NCBI GenBank assembly: GCA_039028615.1
Contig: JBCCHT010000004.1
Coordinates: forward strand, 96,001 to 160,000
Reading direction: 5' to 3'
DNA from: Myxococcota bacterium
GTDB taxonomy: Bacteria > Myxococcota_A > Polyangia > Nannocystales > Nannocystaceae
Length of the DNA: 64,000 bases
Made by a program: the position numbers and the translations under genes
Shown here: piece after piece, positions 59,579-64,000 of the stretch
Position numbering within the stretch: the stretch's first letter is position 1
Layout of the letters: each line of letters starts with the position of its first letter
The notes under the pieces: generated by a model
What the model was told of the DNA's origin: nothing
The model's database searches: none
The model's input: only the letters and a program-made list of their open reading frames with translations

Positions 59579-60922
59579 GTGCCCGCCGCCCGTAAACCCG
59601 CCCCGGGCCAGGTTCGGGGGCTCGCCGCCCGCGTGCTCCAAGAGATCGAGCAGCGCGGTGCGTTCAGCAATCGTGTGCTCTCCGACCACCTCGAGCGCAA
59701 CCCGAGCTGGGCCTCCCGCGATCGCGGCCTGCTGACGACCCTGGTCTACGGCGTGCTGCGACACCGCAGTCGGCTCGACGCGCACATCGACGAGCACGCC
59801 ACCCGCAAGGGCAAGCTACGCGGCGAGGTGCGGCAGCTGCTGCGCGTCGGCGCCCTCGAGCTCCGCGAGCTCGACCATCCGCCCCACGCGGTGCTCACCG
59901 AGGTGGGGCATGCCGCCGCCCGCCTCAAGGGCGGAGACGGCTTGCGACGGGCCATGCACGGCATCCTGGCCAAGGTCGGCGAGCACGGGGCGGCCCTCGA
60001 CGAACGCTTCGCCCAGGGCTCGACCCTCGAGGTCCTGGATCGTCGCTGGTCCATCCCGCGCTGGATCGGCGGGCGCTGGCGCAAGCAGCTGGGCGACGAA
60101 CGAGCGCTCGAGCGCGCCCGCCTGCTCGCCACCCCGCCGTCCATCGACCTGCGGCTCGACCTGCACCGCAGCGATCGCGACACCATCGTCGAGCGCCTGC
60201 GCGCCGATCATCCCCGCGCCCGCATCGAGCTGCCCGCCGAGGAACCCCAGGCCCTGCGCCTGCAGGGCGCGGGCGATCTGTTCCACGGCCCGCTGCACGA
60301 CGAGGGGCTCATCTCGGTGCAGGGCCTCGCCGCCCAGCAACCCGCGCGGTGGCTCGACCCGACCCCGGGCGAGCGCATCCTCGACGCGTGCGCGGGGCTG
60401 GGGGTCAAGACGCTGCAGGTGGCCGAGCTGATGGAGCGCCGCGGCACTGTGCTCGCAGCCGACATCGACGAGCGCCACGTCGTCGACCACGAGGACCTCG
60501 CCGCCCGCGGCCGCCTGCCTCCCGAGCTCGCGCACCAGTATCGCGTGCTCGATCTCGCCGCGCCCGAGCCCGACCCCGTGCTCGACGAAGCGCCCTTCGA
60601 TGGCGTGCTGCTCGACGTCCCCTGCACGGGCTTGGGCAACCTCGCGCGGCACCCCGAGATCCGCTGGCTGCGACGCTACGAAGACATCGCGGCCCGAGCC
60701 GAGCTGCAACGAACCCTGCTCGCGCGCCAGCTTTCACGGGTTCGCCCCGGAGGTCGGCTCGTTTACGCGGTGTGCAGCCCCGCCCCCGAAGAGGGCCCGC
60801 AGGTGGTCGAAAGCGTGCTGCGCGAGAACGCCGAAGGCTGGCAAGTGACCCAGCAGCACTGCTTTTCGCCCGAGCAGGACGGCACCGAGGGGTTTTACGT
60901 CGCGCGTCTCGATCGCGCGTAG
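59579..60922 (+). CDS. rsmB: 16S rRNA m5C967 methyltransferase (RsmB/Sun) with NusB-like N-domain
   Basis: DRGL.T.LVYGVLR, ILDACAG.G.KT, LLDVPCTGLG..RHPEIRW, LVYAVCS..EEG, GFYVARL. Confidence 0.9.
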   Translation: MPAARKPAPGQVRGLAARVLQEIEQRGAFSNRVLSDHLERNPSWASRDRGLLTTLVYGVLRHRSRLDAHIDEHATRKGKLRGEVRQLLRVGALELRELDHPPHAVLTEVGHAAARLKGGDGLRRAMHGILAKVGEHGAALDERFAQGSTLEVLDRRWSIPRWIGGRWRKQLGDERALERARLLATPPSIDLRLDLHRSDRDTIVERLRADHPRARIELPAEEPQALRLQGAGDLFHGPLHDEGLISVQGLAAQQPARWLDPTPGERILDACAGLGVKTLQVAELMERRGTVLAADIDERHVVDHEDLAARGRLPPELAHQYRVLDLAAPEPDPVLDEAPFDGVLLDVPCTGLGNLARHPEIRWLRRYEDIAARAELQRTLLARQLSRVRPGGRLVYAVCSPAPEEGPQVVESVLRENAEGWQVTQQHCFSPEQDGTEGFYVARLDRA

Positions 60923-61041
60923 CTGAAGCAAAGCGAAGCTCTCCGACCGAGCCCCCTTGGCCGCGGCGCGGTGCGGCGCGATACTCGTCGCTCGTATCGC
61001 GTGAACCGCCCCGCCCAGGTCCGACTCGAGGAGCGCCCATC

Positions 61042-62028
61042 ATGTGGGTGAGCGTCGCCATGCTCGTCGCCGGCCTGGCGATCTTGGCGGTGGCTGCCGA
61101 TCGATTCGTGCTCGCGGCGGCACGGCTGTCGCGTCACTGGGGGCTGTCGCCCGTGCTGGTCGGCGCCTTGGTGGTGGGCATGGGCACCTCGGCGCCCGAG
61201 CTTCTGGTCTCCGCCCTCGCCTCCATCGATGGCGAGCTCGACCTGGCGGTGGGCAACGCGGTCGGCTCCAATGTCGCCAACGTCACCCTCGTGCTCGGCG
61301 TCACGGCCTTGTGTGCCCCGCTGAGCGGCGCGGCCCGGGTCCTACGCCGTGAGGGCATCGCCATGCTCATCGCGGTGACCGCCCTGGCGGTGATGCTCTA
61401 CGACCTCGAGCTCAGCCGCATCGAAGGCTTCGTACTGCTGGCCGGCATGGTGGTGGCCTCGGTGTTCATCGTCCGCTGGGCTCGACTCGACGCCACCCTG
61501 CCCGTGTCGTCGCTCGAGCGGACCGAGGAGCAGCCGAAGGGCGAAGGCGAGGACGGCGAGCCCGCGATCGCGCCGGGCAAGGAAATCGCCTTTGGGCTGG
61601 TTTCTCTGGTCTCCACCCTGGCCGGCGCCGAGCTGCTGGTCAAAGGCGGCACCGCCCTGGCGTCGGCGCTCGGGATGGGCTCGGCCTTCATCGGCATGAC
61701 CCTGGTCGCGGTGGGCACCAGCCTGCCCGAGCTGGCGACCTCGGTCGCGGGCGTTCGACGCAACGAGGACGATCTCGTCGTGGGCAACGTCTTGGGCTCG
61801 AACCTCTTCAATGCCCTGGCCGTGGCCGGGGTTGCCGCGACCCTGTCGCCCGGCGTGGTGGAAACCCGTTTCCGCGTGGCTTCCATCACCATGGTCATTT
61901 GCTCGGCCCTGGCCGGGTGGTTCGCCTTCACCGGCCGAAAGATCGTGCGATGGGAGGGCATGCTGCTGTTGGTGGGGTTCCTGGCCTTTGTGCTGATGAG
62001 CTACACGGGAGGCCTCCAGGTGCGGTAG
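61042..62028 (+). CDS. Calcium/sodium antiporter (CaCA, YrbG-like)
   Basis: RBS GAGGAG; alpha repeats GTSAPE..GN.VGSN and GTSLPE..GNVLGSN. Confidence 0.93.
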   Translation: MWVSVAMLVAGLAILAVAADRFVLAAARLSRHWGLSPVLVGALVVGMGTSAPELLVSALASIDGELDLAVGNAVGSNVANVTLVLGVTALCAPLSGAARVLRREGIAMLIAVTALAVMLYDLELSRIEGFVLLAGMVVASVFIVRWARLDATLPVSSLERTEEQPKGEGEDGEPAIAPGKEIAFGLVSLVSTLAGAELLVKGGTALASALGMGSAFIGMTLVAVGTSLPELATSVAGVRRNEDDLVVGNVLGSNLFNALAVAGVAATLSPGVVETRFRVASITMVICSALAGWFAFTGRKIVRWEGMLLLVGFLAFVLMSYTGGLQVR

Positions 62029-62038
62029 ATCGCCGCCC

Positions 62039-62743
62039 ATGGCTCCGCAGGCTCCCGTCATCTGCCCCTCGATCCTCAGCGCAGACTTCGCTCGGCTCGG
62101 TGAAGAGATCCGTGCCATCGACGAGGCGGGCGCGGACTGGATCCATGTGGACGTGATGGACGGGCACTTCGTGCCCAACCTGACCCTCGGCGCCCCGATC
62201 GTCGCCGCCTTGCGCCCGGTGACCAAGCGCGTGCTCGACTGCCACCTGATGATCGAAAACCCCGAGCGCTACGTCGAAGACTTCGCCAAGGCGGGTGCAG
62301 ATCTCATCACCGTGCACGTGGAGGCCTGTCCTCATCTGCACCGCAACCTCCAGCAGATCCACGCGCTGTCCCACCACGCTGGTGAACGCGTCAAGGTCGG
62401 CGTGAGTCTCAACCCCCACACGCCGGCCGAGGCGATCTTGGGCGTGCTGCCCCTGTGTGATCTCGTACTCGTGATGAGCGTCAACCCCGGCTTCGGCGGC
62501 CAGGCCTTCATCCCCCTGGTGCGTCCCAAGATTCGCACGCTGCGTGCCGCCATCGATGCCCAGGGCCTGTCGACGCGCATTCAGGTCGACGGCGGGGTGG
62601 ACGAGCGCAACGCGGCGCAGCTGGCCGAAGACGGAGCCGACGCGATCGTGGCCGGCTCGGGCGTCTTCAAGAACGCACGGCACCCGGGCTACGCCGCCGC
62701 CATCGCAGCCATTCGCGAGGCAGCACAGTCCGGGCAAAAGTAG
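62039..62743 (+). CDS. rpe: Ribulose-phosphate 3-epimerase
   Basis: PSILSADF, HVDVMDGHFVPNLT, MSVNPGFGGQ, VDGG. Confidence 0.97.
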   Translation: MAPQAPVICPSILSADFARLGEEIRAIDEAGADWIHVDVMDGHFVPNLTLGAPIVAALRPVTKRVLDCHLMIENPERYVEDFAKAGADLITVHVEACPHLHRNLQQIHALSHHAGERVKVGVSLNPHTPAEAILGVLPLCDLVLVMSVNPGFGGQAFIPLVRPKIRTLRAAIDAQGLSTRIQVDGGVDERNAAQLAEDGADAIVAGSGVFKNARHPGYAAAIAAIREAAQSGQK

Positions 62744-62799
62744 TTTCGTCGCCCGCGGCTTGCCACGGCGAGCCCGTACCCCGAAAATGGCCCACGATC

Positions 62800-63495
62800 A
62801 TGGACAAGACCTACGCATCCGCGGACGCGGCCATCGAGGACATGACCGACGGGATCACCCTGATGTCCGGCGGTTTCGGACTCTGCGGCAACCCCGAGAA
62901 CCTCATCGCCGCCGTACACCGCAAGGGGATCAAGAACCTCAGCGTGGTCTCCAACAACTGCGGGATCGACGAGAAGGGCCTCGGCATCCTGTTGCACGCG
63001 GGCCAGATCGACAAGATGACCTCGTCGTACGTCGGCGAGAACAAGACCTTCGAGCGGCTGTACCTGTCGGGTGAGCTCGAGCTCGAGCTCGTTCCCCAGG
63101 GCACGCTGGCCGAGCGCATCCGGGCGGGCGGCGCCGGCATCCCCGCCTTCTACACGCCCACCGGGTACGGCACCCCCGTGGCCGAGGGCAAGGAGGTCCG
63201 CGAGCTCGGAGGTCGCATGGTCGTGCTCGAGCACGCGATCAAGGCCGACTTCGCCATCGTCAAGGCCTGGCGCGGTGACACCCACGGCAACCTGGTGTTC
63301 CGCTACACCGCCAACAACTTCAACCAAGCCATGGCGACGGCGGCCAAGGTCACCATCGCCGAGGTCGAAGAGCTGGTGCCCGCGGGCGAGCTCGACCCCA
63401 ACTTCATCCACACCCCTGGGGTCTTCGTCGACCGCATCATCCAAGGGTCCGACTACGAAAAACCGATCGAGTTCCGCACCACCCAGGCCGGCTGA
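62800..63495 (+). CDS. scoA: 3-oxoacid CoA-transferase subunit A
   Basis: GGFGLCGNPE, SSYVGENK, PQGTLAERIRAGGAGIPAFYT. Confidence 0.93.
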   Translation: MDKTYASADAAIEDMTDGITLMSGGFGLCGNPENLIAAVHRKGIKNLSVVSNNCGIDEKGLGILLHAGQIDKMTSSYVGENKTFERLYLSGELELELVPQGTLAERIRAGGAGIPAFYTPTGYGTPVAEGKEVRELGGRMVVLEHAIKADFAIVKAWRGDTHGNLVFRYTANNFNQAMATAAKVTIAEVEELVPAGELDPNFIHTPGVFVDRIIQGSDYEKPIEFRTTQAG

Positions 63496-63507
63496 GGACG
63501 ACGAACC

Positions 63508-64000
63508 ATGGCGCTTTCCCGTGAGCAAATCAGTCAACGCGTGGCCCAGGAGCTGCGCGACGGTGACTACGTCAACCTGGGCATCGGCATGCCGACGCTG
63601 GTGGCCAACTTCATCCCTGCGGGGGTCGAGGTCGTGCTGCACAGCGAAAACGGCCTGCTGGGCATGGGCCCCTTCCCCACCGAGGACAAAGTCGACCCCG
63701 ACCTCATCAACGCCGGCAAGCAGACGGTCACCGCCAACCCCGGCGCGGCGTTCTTCGGCAGCCACGACTCGTTCGCGATGATCCGCGGCGGGCACCTCGA
63801 CCTGTGCGTGCTCGGAGCCATGGAGGTCAGCCAGTTCGGCGATCTGGCCAACTGGATGATCCCGGGCAAGAAGGTCAAGGGCATGGGCGGCGCCATGGAC
63901 CTGGTGGCGGGCTCGCGTCGCGTCATCGTCACGATGGAGCACGTCAACAAAAAGGGCGCCCACAAGATCCTCGAGCAGTGCACCTTGCCGCTGACGGGCA
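63508..64000 (+). CDS. scoB: 3-oxoacid CoA-transferase subunit B (truncated by window end)
   Basis: ATG 63508; [42 protein letters not shown] (translated by hand; not in the ORF track). Confidence 0.93.
   Translation, partial: MALSREQISQRVAQELRDGDYVNLGIGMPTLVANFIPAGVEVVLHSENGLLGMGPFPTEDKVDPDLINAGKQTVTANPGAAFFGSHDSFAMIRGGHLDLCVLGAMEVSQFGDLANWMIPGKKVKGMGGAMDLVAGSRRVIVTMEHVNKKGAHKILEQCTLPLTG

Noticed and set aside
59579..64000. rsmB-antiporter-rpe-scoAB block as a novel cluster
   Set aside because: Ordinary housekeeping genes with canonical motifs

Overview
High-GC DNA with strong G/C bias at third codon positions. It looks myxobacterial, probably Nannocystaceae-like (inferred from three Ser/Thr kinases, TPR proteins and many Cys-rich lipoproteins). 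The main feature is an array over about 1.7-37.3 kb of ten paralogous genes of about 670-800 aa, none with a visible signal peptide. They share an N-terminal core (ML.L...[FY]RD...[FY].Y.P..P...P...KY...GGG.L...GLRP.L...DPFF) followed by about four ~95-aa beta-rich repeats. An eleventh, divergent 934-aa relative carries a histone-H1-like insert. Most members lie in two tightly packed convergent operons that meet at a zinc-ribbon/kinase/RCC1 gene, with a CKX-like FAD oxidoreductase and an unknown, possibly prenyltransferase-like, gene embedded in the array. I cannot assign the family to a named system. A hetero-oligomeric, possibly beta-pore-forming assembly is my hypothesis only. The right half is more ordinary: DUF1554-like and spondin lipoproteins, truA, GH94 cellobiose phosphorylase, a kinase-TPR protein, an archaemetzincin-TPR protein, several lipoproteins, then rsmB, a Ca/Na antiporter, rpe, scoA and scoB. 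I found no rRNA, tRNA, CRISPR array or mobile element. All family calls come from motif recognition by eye; no searches were run.
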